NCBI GenBank assembly: GCA_013265495.1
Contig: MU057651.1
Span: 248,001-312,000, forward strand
Source of the DNA: Vicugna vicugna
Lineage: Eukaryota
Length of the DNA stretch: 64,000 bases
Direction: 5' to 3'
Part shown: positions 52,033 to 64,000 of the stretch, in pieces
Position numbering within the stretch: position 1 is the first letter of the stretch
How the letters are laid out: every line of letters begins with the position of its first letter
Program-made: the position numbers and the translations under genes
Notes under the pieces: generated by a model
Told to the model about the DNA's origin: nothing
The model's input: only the letters and a program-made list of their open reading frames with translations
Databases searched by the model: none

Positions 52033-55000
52033 ACCATGGTAAGCTTTTATAAATGACCATGCATGGAGCCCTTGCAGGCAACAGCTCAAGAGCTGCCCCC
52101 ACCCCACCCCATTTGGACCCCTACTTTGGAGAAGAGAGCTATTGGCCGCTCCCACTGTCTCCTGAACCAGATCATGTGATACACGGTGTGTTGAGGCCAC
52201 AGCAGGTGAAACACTTTAGTGAGAGACAGGTCTTAAATGAAAGGATCAAATCATGGCAAACACAGCATATTAATAAATCTTTGAGGTCTATTTCTCTCTA
52301 TACTTTTAAAATGCTTTTCATATCTGACAGGAAACCTCACAGCCATCTAAATTAAAGAAACATTTGGCAGATTTTTAAACTTTAGGAGCTAACAAGTTGT
52401 CGTTGGTTCCCCCTCCCTTCCTTACAGTAGGAAAAACAAGAATTGACAAAAACATAGGCTCATTTTCCACAGATGCCTCCAAATGTGAGTTATTTCCCCT
52501 TTTTTCAAATTGGGTTGTTTATTTTCTTATTGTTAAGTTTTGAGAGTTCTTTGTATATACTATTATATAATTTACAAAGATTTTCTCCCAGTGTATGACT
52601 TGTTTTTTTATATTCTTATCATTGTCTTTTGAAGAGTCAAAGTTTTTAATTTAGATGAAATCCAATTTTTCATTTTCTTCTCTTAATGGATTATGCTTTT
52701 GTTGTCAAGTCTGATAAATCTTTGCCTAATCCAAGGTCACAAAGATTTTTTATTATGTTTTCTTTTAGAAGTTTGTTTTTACATTTAGGTACAAGATCCA
52801 TTTTGAGTTAATTTTTGTATATAGTGCAAGTTATGGGTAGAAGGCCACTTTTTTGTCCTGTGGATCTACATTTAATTGTTTAAGCATCATTTGTCAAAAA
52901 GGCTTTTCTTTCACCTCTGCTTTGACTTTGTATGTTTGTGAAAAATCAATTATCCATATGTGTTCGTTTATGTCTGGACTATATTCTGTTCCATTGATCT
53001 ACTTGTCTACCTTTGTGTCAGTAACACATAGCCTTGATTACTGTAGCTTTATAATAAATCTTAGAATCAGAAGTAAGACCTAACTTTCTTCTTTCTGAGA
53101 ATTCTTTTGGCTATCCTAGGTCTTTTGCCTTTCCATATGAATTTTAGAATCTTCTTGTCAATTCCTGAAAAAAAAAAGCCTGCTGGGATTTTCATTGGAA
53201 TTGAGTTGAATATATAGATCAGTTTTGGAAAGAGTTCACATCTTAACAATATTAAATTCTCCAAGCCATGACAAGGAATATTTTTCTATTTATTTAGATC
53301 TTCTATAATTTCTTTTAGCAGTGTTTCACAATTATTAGTGCAGAGGTAGGGGACTTTCACATTATTGGTTATATTTAGCCCCCAAAACTTCATATTTCTC
53401 CTTTATCATTTTTCTCCTTTATTATTCTGTTCTGTATGTCATGGAGTTCTGCTTTGATCTTTACTATTTACTTTCTTCTTCTTTTAGGTTTAATTTGTTC
53501 TTCTTTTTTTAGTTTCTCAAGGTGGAAGACTATGTTATTACTTTGAGACCATTTTTCTTTTTTAATATAGCCATCTTGTGTTACAAATTTGCCCCAAGTA
53601 CAGATTTAGTAGCATTTTACATTTTTTAACATGTTGTGCTTAAATTTTCACTTAATTAAAATTATTTTCTAGTTTTCCTTTTGATTTCTTGTTTGATACA
53701 TACATTACGTAGAAGTATTATTTCATTTGCAAATACTGTAGAAATTTTCAAAGATCATTTTTTTATTGATTTATAGTTTAATCCCATTGTGGTCAAAGGA
53801 CAAGTTTTGCATGACTTGAATCCTTCTAAATTTATTGAGACTTGTTTTATGGCCCAGACTATGATCTACTCCTGAGCGCTTGAGAAGACATTACATTCTG
53901 ATGTTACTGGGTGATGTGTTCTATAAATGTCAATCAGATCAAGTTGGTTGATAGTGGAGTTTGAGTCTACTATATCTTTGCTAATTTTCTACCCACTTGT
54001 TTTATCCATTCTTTAGAGAGGGTATAGGGATACCTAGATTATAATTGTGGGTTTGTCTGTTTTTCCTTGCAGTTCTATCAACTTTTGCTTCATGCATTTT
54101 GAAGCCCTGTTATTTAGTACATAAACATTTAAGATCATTATGTCTTCTTATTTAATTGATCTCATTATCATTATGAAATAAATTACATTATCCCTGGCAA
54201 TATTTTGCTCTGAAATTGACTTTGATATTAAGATAACCACTCCAGTTTTATTTTGATTAATGCTGGCATGCTGTATCTTTTATTATCCTTTTACTTTTAA
54301 CTCATTTGTATCTTTATATTTAAAATGTGTTTCCTAGAGGCAGCATATAGGTGGGTCTTAATTACTTATTCCATAAGACAGTCTCTGCCTTTTAATTTGG
54401 ATGTTTAGACCATTTCCATTTATATGGTTATTGGTATGGTTAGGTTTGAGTCTGTCATCATGCTATTTGTTTCTATTTGCCCTATCTGTTTTCTTGTTCA
54501 CTTTTCCCTCTTTTTCTGCCTTCTTTTGCATTAATCAAGTATTTTTATGATTCCATTTATCTCCTTTGTTGATTTATTAGCTATAACACTTTGTTTTGTT
54601 ATTTTAGTGGCTGCTTTAAGATTTGTGGTATGCATATTTAACTTGTTACAGTATATCTTCAAGTGATATCAAATCACTTAACATATGGTATAAGAACCTT
54701 ACAATTATACATTTCCATTTCTCCCCTCCAAGTCTTTATGTTACTGTTATATTTTTTAGTTTTACATATTCCCTAAATCCCACAATGCATTTTATTTTTG
54801 TTTAAATAGTTCTTAAAAGAGATTGAAATAAAAAGAAAAGTCATATGTATTTACCTATGTAGTTACCGACTCTGGTGCTCTTCTTCTTTCTCTTTGTTTA
54901 AATCAGTTTTTCTGCCTGATGTCTGCCTGAAGGATGTCCTTTAGTATTTCTTCTAGTTCAGGTTTGCTAGCAATGATTTCTTTCAGCTTTTGTGTGTCTG

Positions 55001-55085
55001 AAAATGAGTTGATTTTGTTTTTGAAATATATATTGCCAGGTACAGAATTCTGGTTTGATAGGATTTTTTCCCCTTACAATACTTT

Positions 55086-55570
55086 ATTTTTTTAACATTT
55101 TTATTGACTTATAATCATTTTATAATGTTGTGTCAAATTCCAGTGTAGAGCACAATTTTTCAATTATACATGAACATGTGCATATTCATTGTCACATTCC
55201 TTTCTCTGTGAGCTACCATAAGATCTTGTATATATTTCCCTGTGCTATACAGTATAATCTTGTTTATCTATTCTACAGTTTTGAAATCCCAGTCTATCTC
55301 TTCCCACCCCCTACCCCCTTGGCAACCACAAGTCTGTATTCTATGTCTACAAGTCTATTTCTGTCCTGTATTTATGCTTTTTTTTTTTTTTTAGATTCCA
55401 CATATGAGTGATCTCATATGGTATTTTTCTTTCTCTTTCTGGCTTACTTCACTTAGAATGACATTCTCCAGGAGCATCCATGTTGCTGCAAATGGCATTA
55501 TGTTGTCTGTTTTTATGGCTGAGTAGTATTCCATTGTATAAATATACCACATCTTCTTTATCCAGCCACC
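55086..55570 (-). mobile_element. Young camelid L1 3' end
   Basis: Antisense of the family at 13950-14460 and 59221-59494; TSD ccttacaatacttt / cctttcagtacttt. Confidence 0.9.
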
Positions 55571-56391
55571 TTCCTTTCAGTACTTTAAAGATGTCCACTC
55601 TCTTTTCTGTAGCATTGTTTCTGACCAAGAGATCTGATGTCATTATTTTCATCTTGCTATATGTAACAGATCTATTTCCTTTTAAGATTTTCTCTTTGGT
55701 TTTGAGTAATTTGATTATGATGTTTCTTATTGTAGTTTTCTTTATACTTCTTGTGTTTTGGGTTCATTGAGCTTTTTGGATCTGTGAATTTATATTTTTC
55801 ATTAACGTCAGAAAGTTTCTTCCAACTTGTCTTCAAATGTTCTTCAAATATTCTGTCTCCCAACCCCCTCAAACTCCAATTGCTCATATTTGAAGCCACT
55901 CAAAGTTGTCACATAGTTCACTAGTGCTCTTTTATCTTTCAGTATTCTTTTTTCTCTGTATGTTTCATTTTGTATAGTTTTTATTGCTATGCATTCAAGG
56001 TCACTTATCTTTTCTTCTGTAATGGCTGATCTGCCTTTAATTCTACCCAGTGGAGTTTTCTTCTCAGAAGTTGTAGTTTTCATCTCTAGAAGTTTAATCT
56101 GGATCATCTTCATATATCTACTTAACTTGTTGAACATATGGAATAGAGTTACAATAACTGTCTTAATGTCCTTGTCTGCTAATTCTGATATCTCTGTCAG
56201 TTTTGGGTCAGTTTTGGTTGACTGATTTTTCTCTTCATTATGTTATATATATGTATATATATATATATGTTTCTTTATATACCTGGTAATCTTATATGCA
56301 TGTATTTCTACTGCATATATTTTAGGAAATGAATGGCAGACTCCTCCCCTTCTTGCTATTAGACTTTGACAGAAGAGATTTTAAAAAAAAA

Positions 56392-56497
56392 TTTTTATTG
56401 TTTTTTGGGGGAGGAGGTTAATTAGGTTTATTTATTTATTTTGATGGAGGTGCATGCTAAGCACACGCTTTACCATCGAGCTATATCTACCCCTCCC
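56392..56497 (-). mobile_element. Vic-1-type SINE lacking its B box
   Basis: aattaggtttatttatttatt...ggagg|tgcatgctaagcacacgc; ~25 bp missing relative to the 23807 copy. Confidence 0.8.
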
Positions 56498-57610
56498 ATA
56501 CCTGGTAATCTTTGATTGAATGCCAGCCATTATGAATTTTACCTTGCCAGGTGCTGGATGTACTTGTATTCCTATAAATCTTTGTGAGCTTTGTTCTTAG
56601 ATGCAGTTAAGTTGCCTGAAAATAGTTTGATCCTTTCAGGTCTTATTTTTCTGGTTTAGGTGGGTCCAAAGAAGAGCTCAGTCTAGGGCTAATTTTTCCC
56701 ACCATTGAGGCCAGACCTTCTTGGGCACCCAACCCAACATCTTGTGAATTATGAGTTTTCTCAGTCTGGTGAGAATAAGCATTATTTCTGGCCCTCTGGG
56801 TCAGATACTGTTCCCTCAAATCTAATCCTTTCATGTTGTTATTTCCCTGGCATCAGATAGATTTTGATAGTTATTGCTGAATACTTGAGGGGAGACCTCT
56901 GCAGGTCTCTGGGATTCTGTTTTTGTCTCATTAACCGTAGCTGCATTGGTCTCCCCAGCCTCTCAGCTCCATAACATCAAAAGAGAATCTACTGGCCTTT
57001 GCCTCAGTACCTCCTCTCTGTGTTGTGGCCTGGAAAATCTCTTATAGCGAGGGCAAGCATAGGGGTCACGGCATTTGTTTCTGAAATCTGCAAACTAGCA
57101 TCCTTCATTGCCTGATGGCTAGTGTTTTTAAAATCATTGTTTCATGTATGTAACTTTTAAAATTATCTCCATGTATAATTTTATTCATCATTTCATAATG
57201 GACATACTCAAGCATTGAAAGGATCATACAGTGTACAACTGTATGTTTACCCACCCCTAGATTCTATAATTAACAGTTTATATTTGCTTTATTATACAAC
57301 CATCTATTTATTCATCCCTTTATTCACACATCCAAACATCTTAATTTTTGATGCATTTAAAAATAAACTGAAAATATAAATATAATTAACTGTAAACACT
57401 TCAGCATGCATATCATTAATTAGAGCTTAATATTTTGAATTTTGACAAATTAATAACCTATGTAATGCTAACCTCTATCGAGCCATAAAACATACTTATC
57501 ACCACAGGAAGTTTCTTCTTGACTTTTTCAGTCAATCTCCACCCTCATGTCTCCAAAGGAAACTATTGTTTAGACTTTTTCATCACAGATAAGTTTTGCT
57601 TTTTCTAGAA

Positions 57611-57935
57611 TAGCACTGTCAAATAGAAATATAATGTGAGTCAAAAGTAGGGTCACATGTATAATTGAAAATTGCCCATTAGCCATATTACAAAAATTAA
57701 AAGAAAGAGGTGACTATTTTAAATAATGTATTTTATTTAATTCAATATATCCAAAATATGATCATTTTCAACATATAATCAGTATAAATATTATGAATGA
57801 GATATTTTACATTTTTGTTTATTGTGTCTTTGAAATCTAGTGTGTAATTTACATAGTACATCTCAATTTGAACTATCCTGTATCAAGTGCTCAGTAGCCA
57901 TTTGTAGCTAGTAACTACCATATTGGACAATGCAG
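57611..57935. mobile_element. MER33 hAT MITE
   Basis: Perfect 8-bp TSD ttctagaa; TIRs ctgtcaaata / tattggacaatgcag. Confidence 0.85.
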
Positions 57936-58329
57936 TTCTAGAATATGATATAAATATGATCATAAAATAATTTCTTTTTGTCTAAGGATTTTTTACTCAG
58001 CATGATGTTTGAAAAATTTTAAGATTAGTTCATGCATTACTTTAATAAAAACAAAAATTAAATTACAAACTGAAACAAAATGGAAATAAAATGCTCAACA
58101 AGAGTAATATAGAGGAGTAGAGGAAAGAAATTGCACTTAAATAATTCTACCGTTCAGTCCTTGTATTATGAAAGAGGAGACTAGACATGATACTTTATCC
58201 TTTACATTATGTGTCATAAAATATCTTAGTATTTTAAGGGTAATCACTAAAAGAATAGAATTTGAAAGTGTTTGGGGTATTTAATCTTCCAGTCCCCTAG
58301 GCTTTGCTTATTTCCCAAGGTCATGGATT

Positions 58330-58571
58330 GTTAGTTTCTTTCTCATGGCTACAAGGGCATGCCAGATTCCAAAAACGGTTCCCTCCCCTTCCCCCTTCAA
58401 GCCTAAGAGTGGTTGTGGCTTTCTATAGTTGTGAGTCCCTGGGTGCTTTGCCATCTCTTTTGACCACTTAATCCTACCCACTCCTTAGTAAATAGGACCT
58501 TCATGAAAGTTTCTTTACTCACCCTTTATGAGAATGCCATCTCCTTCCTGCCAGGACCATGATCAATACAA
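58330..58571 (+). mobile_element. ERVL LTR33-like 3' fragment
   Basis: gccatctccttcctgccaggaccatgatcaataca end. Confidence 0.6.
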
Positions 58572-58959
58572 TCACATACCTGTGATTGACAACCCACTTC
58601 TGAGTTCTTTGCAAACTCTCAGGACCCTATTTGTACTATTACTGACCTGTACCTATACTGTTCCTTTGGTTTCAGGCTTCAAATTATTGGCTCTATTTCC
58701 CTCTTATTTATGGTCCTACTCCTAACCTTTGTATTTAATGTTTGTATTTGGTCTTCTCAGGTTGGAGTCTTCCCTCTCCCCAGAAGACTTTGTCTTTGAC
58801 TCAGTCTTCTTCCCCTGCTACCAGTATCTCCAGGCAATCTGCCTCAACTTGAGCACCATTAAATTAAACCTGATCTTCTTTCCTAACCTGCTTGACAAAT
58901 GACTAACCCTCCAAAAACAGAGAGAAACAATATTTGTGCATATTCTATGTTATATTATT

Positions 58960-60320
58960 GTCATTCTTTCTTCAATCTACTCTACAACCCCTCCCTGGGC
59001 TATCTCATCCACTAACACCTCTTAAATTTATGTCTCCAGCTCTAACTTCTCTTGTGAGCTCCAGACCCATCCTTCAGCTGCCTATTCAACATCTGCACTT
59101 GGATGTCTTAGAGGCACATTAAGCTACACATGTCCAAAACGAAATTCATCTCCCCCTTGATCTGATTTTCCTCCAGTGTTCTATGTCTCAGTAAAAATAG
59201 CCTATTTCTGTCCTGTATTTAGACTCATAGACAGAGAATACAGACTTGTGGTTGCCAGGGGGGTGGAGGGTGGGAAGGGATAGACTGGGATTTCAAAATT
59301 GTAGAATAGATAAACAAGATTACACTGTATAGCACAGGGAAATATACACAAAATGTTATGATAACTCACAGAGAAAAAAATGTGACAATGAGTGTGTATA
59401 TGTCCATGAATGGCTGAAAAATTGTGCTGAACACTGGAATTTGACACAACATTGTAAAGTGATTATAAATCAATAAAAAATGTTAAAAAAAAAAGAGGTG
59501 GTACTGGGGATTGAACCCAGGACCTTGTGTATGCTAAGCACACACTCAAAAAAAAAAAAAAAAGAGCCACCAGACCCTTGTTCAAACCAGAATCCAGTAA
59601 ATCATTCTAGATTCTACTTTCTCACTTACCCTAATTACCTAAGTCATGAAGTAATGCTAATTTTATCTTCTAAATCTATCTCAGATTATTTATTTCTCTT
59701 TATCCCTACCCACCACCACTCAGCGGATGGTGCTAAGTCTAAGGTACTATCATTTTTCTCCTGAATCACTGCCGTAGCCTCTCAACTGGTTTTCCTGCAT
59801 TTACTCTTGCCCCTCTTCAATCCATCCTCCACACTGCTGCCAGAGTTCTCTTCTTGTCTATGCTTAAAATAGAGTTAAAAATCTATTACATTGCCCACAA
59901 GGCCCTGCATGTTCTTGTCCTTGTCAACCTTTCCAGCCTTCTGGAGACTTCTTACTCATTGTGCTTTTTCAAGTATTCCAAGTTTATTTGACCTCAGAAT
60001 CTTTGCACATGCTGTTCTCTCTATGGAATGTTTGCTCTATTCTCTCCTTTTATTCATCCATTAGATTTTAGCTTAGATTATCATCTCAGTAAAGTCTTCC
60101 TTGACACTCTAGGCCAGGCTAGGCAGCCTTGCCTCCACTTTATATGTACCCAAGCGGCCTATACTTCTCCTTTATAACACAGTATTCTTGTAATTATCTG
60201 ATCAGTGATGTCCATCCCAGTAGGTTATAATTTTCACCAGGGCATAGAATGTGTCCAGTTTTCACTTCTAGCACACATAGTAGGTGATGAATAAATGTTG
60301 AAAGAACGACTGAATGAATT
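58960..60320 (+). mobile_element. L2 3' region (split by L1 at 59202)
   Basis: ctttgcacatgctgttctctct...gatgaataaatgttgaaagaacgactgaatgaat tail. Confidence 0.8.
59202..59563 (+). mobile_element. Young camelid L1 3'UTR with a 20-bp 5' inversion and an antisense SINE piece inside the A-tail
   Basis: ctatttctgtcctgtattta inverted; SINE piece 59495-59547; flanks aaaaatagcc / aaaaagagcc. Confidence 0.85.
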
Positions 60321-61203
60321 TAGGCACTTATCATCTTTGCCAGATTGTAAACTTTATGTTTGCCAACTTATAAAGAGATCCCCACAGAGTCTAGTCAGTA
60401 CTCTGTGTAATCTGTCTCTCTTATGCTCCCCTGTGTTTATGTGTGATTTAATCAATTAATACTTGGTGTGGAAAATAAATTGAAATTCCTCGAATTGCTC
60501 AAGTTATTCTTCAAAACATCCTCACCTGTATTTATTATGTGCGTTTCCTTTTCCTATTCTACATGTTCCACATTTTTGTCTCCTTTTTCTGCAAGTATAA
60601 CAATTCATTCTTTGTGACTAGAGGAAGCTTCTCTATCCTGTAATTCTCTCCCCTTTAATGCCATTGCATTTATTAAAGAGCACAAATGAAATAGCTGTGT
60701 ACACTTAAAGCACTATACAATTTTAAATAAGAACACTGTTTTTACTATTTTAAGAGGAGGTGTTCTCATTTCTAGGAGGGGAGAGATCATAAACATGTAT
60801 CTGAAGAACTGGCATTGACTGTGAACATTAAGTCAAATGATCAGAGGATTGGGATTTGAATTGTGGGTTGATAATCCATCTATATTTCTGCCTCTTCCCT
60901 TCCTCTATGTAAATTAAAGCTGCAGGATCTGTCTTTGCATAAAACTTCCTTATAATCTGTTAAATATGTGTTGTTGTGGCTATAAAATGATTTTACGAGA
61001 TGGCAGAATTCTGCTTATTTGTTCTGAATTTGGGCACAGGGAGTTAATCTCCTATAGAGCTCAATAATTGTTTGTACAGCTTAGAGTGTTATGGAATGAA
61101 TAACTTTGGAATATCTACTCCATGTTCAGAAAGCAAAGCACTTTTTTTTAATCAGGTGCTTATTTATTCACTTGGATTTCAATACCTCACTTATTATGGT
61201 TAC

Positions 61204-61396
61204 CTTTTCTTCCTTCCTTCCTTCCTTCCTTCCTTCCTTCCTTCCTTCCTTCCTTCCTTCCTTCCCTCCCTCCCTCTCTCTCTTTCTTTCTTCCTTCCTT
61301 CCTTCCTTTCTTTCTTTCTTTCTTCCTTTCTTCCTTTCTTCCTTTCTTCCTTCCTTTCTTCCTTTCTTTCCTTTCTTTCCTTTCTTTCTTTCTTTT
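61204..61396. repeat. (TTCC)n/(TTTC)n pure polypyrimidine tract
   Basis: ~190 nt with no purine on the + strand. Confidence 0.95.
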
Positions 61397-62445
61397 AGCA
61401 ATGCACTTTTTGAGTTGAGTACTAAACTAGGAGTCCAAAGACTGGCAGTGTAATCTTGACTTGGCCTGTGTGTAACCATGACTGTCTCACTAATCTCTCT
61501 GTGCTAATGTCCTTTTTTGTAAAACAGACTTCATAATACTGCCACACATTACTCACAGAGTTGCTGTGAGGAGCAAATGAAGACAGTATGAAATGGAAGA
61601 TACATAAATAAAAACATCCTCTGAGTTGGGGAATGTTGAAAGTGATTGGTTCTTTAGATATACTTCACCTTCATTGGCAGCTGGCAGTCATTATCCATTT
61701 TTCATATCTTACTACTGTTCAAGAAACAAACAAATACACCAGTAAGGTTGCAAGGAGGGAGAAAATAAAAGCTGGAAAGCTGGGGAATAAGAAGAAAATA
61801 ATGACACCTCAAAATTATAAATCTCACAAATTTGTAACTGTTACAATTTACATGGGGATGAAGAGACCAATGGTCTTTATAGTCTTCAGACAAGAGATAT
61901 TTGTTATCAGCAAACCAATTTATTTTCCAGGAATCAAAAGTGACATGCTAAATATTAATTCAAATATTACATTTCTGTTTTATACAATATGAATCTATCT
62001 CAAATATTAATGATTTTAAACAAAAGAAACCCGAGTTTTCTTCCACACAATTCTTCATTTTCTTAAAAAAAGTTCATCATTTGTACAAATACAGGTGAAT
62101 AAAATGTATTACTAAATATAACCATTTAATTGCATTAAATGGACTCCTTTTACCTACTTAGTAAGTATGATGGGGTCTGCAGCGGTCAAACTCAGTTATG
62201 AGTCCAAAGCTTCAGATTTGGCATAGATGGAAATGTTAGGCTGGATGAACCCATCTTTACTTGATTTACCCCTTAATATTTCCTGCCTGATACAAAATAC
62301 ATAATATACATGCCTTTTACAATAAACCTTGTTTTATACAACCCATGATTCGGAAAAGTATGCAAAGTACATTTTTAGAAACTGAATTATTTTAAACATA
62401 GTAGGAGAGTTTACTATTTAAATAATTCATGTGGTGAGTGTTTTT

Positions 62446-62525
62446 ATTTGATTGACTTATATGAAATCGCTGATATTTTCAGCATTATCGACTTACACAA
62501 ATGGCAATTTCATGTGATTCAGTGT
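62446..62525. mobile_element. MADE2-like Mariner MITE (palindromic)
   Basis: atatgaaatcgc ... gcaatttcatgtg inverted arms, ~80 bp. Confidence 0.65.
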
Positions 62526-64000
62526 CATAAAAAGTGAAGAATCATTCTTTCACCTTAAAATAAAGTTCAACTATATATAAATAACCTACCCGTTTATATA
62601 CACCTAGGCTAACGTGCAATTTTTTGGTGAGTGGGGGTGAGGGAAGGAATTGCCAAGTCAGCATTTTGGATAGATGGATAAATTCAAATAATTCCCATTG
62701 ATTGCTCTAGTGGCCTCTTTGAGCAGTAATATATGTTAATTAATACATTGGGGGATATGATAAAATTTAATATAAATGGAAAAATTGTTTTCTTTACAGT
62801 AGATTTGCTATTACGAAAACACTCAGTTTATTTTCTTAAAGATTAAATACCATGTGAGTCACCATAATAACACATTTGCTTACATGCATCTCCATTTATG
62901 CTATCACTGGAAATTGTGAGGGGTTATGCTGCTATTTTAGTGTAATCTGTGCTGTGTGCTTTGGTTAATGCTCAGTAAAGATCTGGATCCCATGGGGCAG
63001 TTGTGATGAAAGAGAGTGGTTGTTTTCCAAGTGAGTAGCCTTAATCATAAATTAGGAATCTTCATCCAAGTCAGTGATTAAAGAGCAGTTTTAAACTCCT
63101 GAAATCTGAGTTGGGGAGGTCAGGTGGGCAAGGAATAGATTCATAGTCTGTCTCTTCATCAGATTCAGCAACAAGGCATTGGGTATCTTGCTATTAACTG
63201 CTGTTGAAAGTGTAATCAGTTTCTTCTTTTATCCAGCCACTGACTTCTTAACTGTAAAGTGCATTCAAATACTGTGAGCACAAAAGGCAGAGCCTAGAGT
63301 GAGGCGGGTTGTGTGTCCTTAAAAAGTTCTGGGGTATATTGCCAACCTTTGATGAAGTCCACGTATGGCTGCCAAGAACTAACATTTTAAAGGGTACATG
63401 GAGTCTGGGTGTTGAGTAAAGTCACAACTTAAACCACCAAATGTAATAATATGAATCACTTTGCATTTTGGAAAATATAATGCCAAAAGGGAAGCGTATG
63501 CCCTATCCAAGTCTTAGCCTACTTGCTGATCTCTTCTGAATGGCGCCGAATGCAGCTGCCATCCCTTACAGTGCACTATTGTACCAGGTGTGCCAGAGTC
63601 AGCCTTGCTGCTAAGTTTAGCTCTGCATGTGGGGATTTCACACTGTGCAGCCCCTTGGAGAGGGGAGTACTGGCAAATGACTTTGTATAAAAGGAGAAAT
63701 CACTTGGGAATTTCACCACCAGGCTAGATTTAGATCAGAGTAAACGGGCCAGTCTAAATTGGTAACAAACTAGAGAGAGCTGCAAGTCTGGTAGAGGTGC
63801 CATTAAGCTAACACCCATTCACTTCTCTCTCATGGCCACTGCAGTTCCTGAGGGAGCACCCTGTTAAAATTTGATGACCACCTTTTAGGTGCAAGAGAGA
63901 ACTGATTTTTTTAAGCAGGTAGAATTTAACATGACTGTATTATTAGTTCTTTGGTGGCAAGAGTATGGCCAGCCTTCTAATTTCTAATTTGTAAACAGTA

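Larger units (their letters stand above)
50715..57140 (-). mobile_element. Long old antisense L1 block (3'UTR, ORF2 parts, ORF1-like and 5' region; possibly more than one element) with nested insertions
   Basis: Minus-strand peptides [19 protein letters not shown]...[18 protein letters not shown] (ORF2) and LLEMKTT...TEEKISDLE (ORF1 coiled-coil-like). Confidence 0.85.

Noticed and set aside
61072..61479. Three 100+ aa ORFs (LPSF / KEGR repeats)
   Set aside because: Translations of the TTCC/TTTC microsatellite
63541..63551. tggcgccgaa resembling a tRNA-Lys primer-binding site
   Set aside because: Only a partial match, with no LTR ending in CA immediately upstream

Overview
Mammalian, AT-rich, CpG-depleted genomic DNA. 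It is very likely camelid (alpaca, llama or camel): it carries several copies of a tRNA-Ala-derived Vic-1-type SINE and young L1 3' ends, and I saw no Alu, Bov-tA/Art2A, PRE-1 or CAN SINEs. By eye well over half the window is transposable-element debris: L1s of several ages, about 20 solo or nested ERV1/ERVL/MaLR LTRs, MIR, L2, and hAT/Tigger/Mariner MITEs. I cannot identify any known protein-coding gene. Nearly all track ORFs are L1 ORF2 remnants, LTR noise or low-complexity sequence. The interesting signal lies in insertion architecture, readable from target-site duplications (TSDs). (1) An L1 with about 120 bp of apparent 5'-transduced flank and its 5'UTR fused directly to the ORF2 end (18986-21070). 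(2) A polyadenylated ~795-bp retrocopy or orphan transduction with a 16-bp TSD (47106-47900). (3) Two nearby solo LTRs sharing a perfectly identical 322-bp core with diverged ends, suggesting gene conversion or an assembly artefact. (4) A SINE carrying extra 3' sequence. (5) Three twin-primed L1s, one with an antisense SINE piece in its tail. (6) Tailless or captured inserts. One low-confidence gene-like signal is also present: a 72-nt exon-like segment followed by an acceptor and a strong-Kozak 41-aa signal-peptide-like smORF (28.4-29.4 kb). I find no convincing novel multi-gene system. Subfamily names are from memory of consensus sequences, and boundaries without a TSD are approximate.
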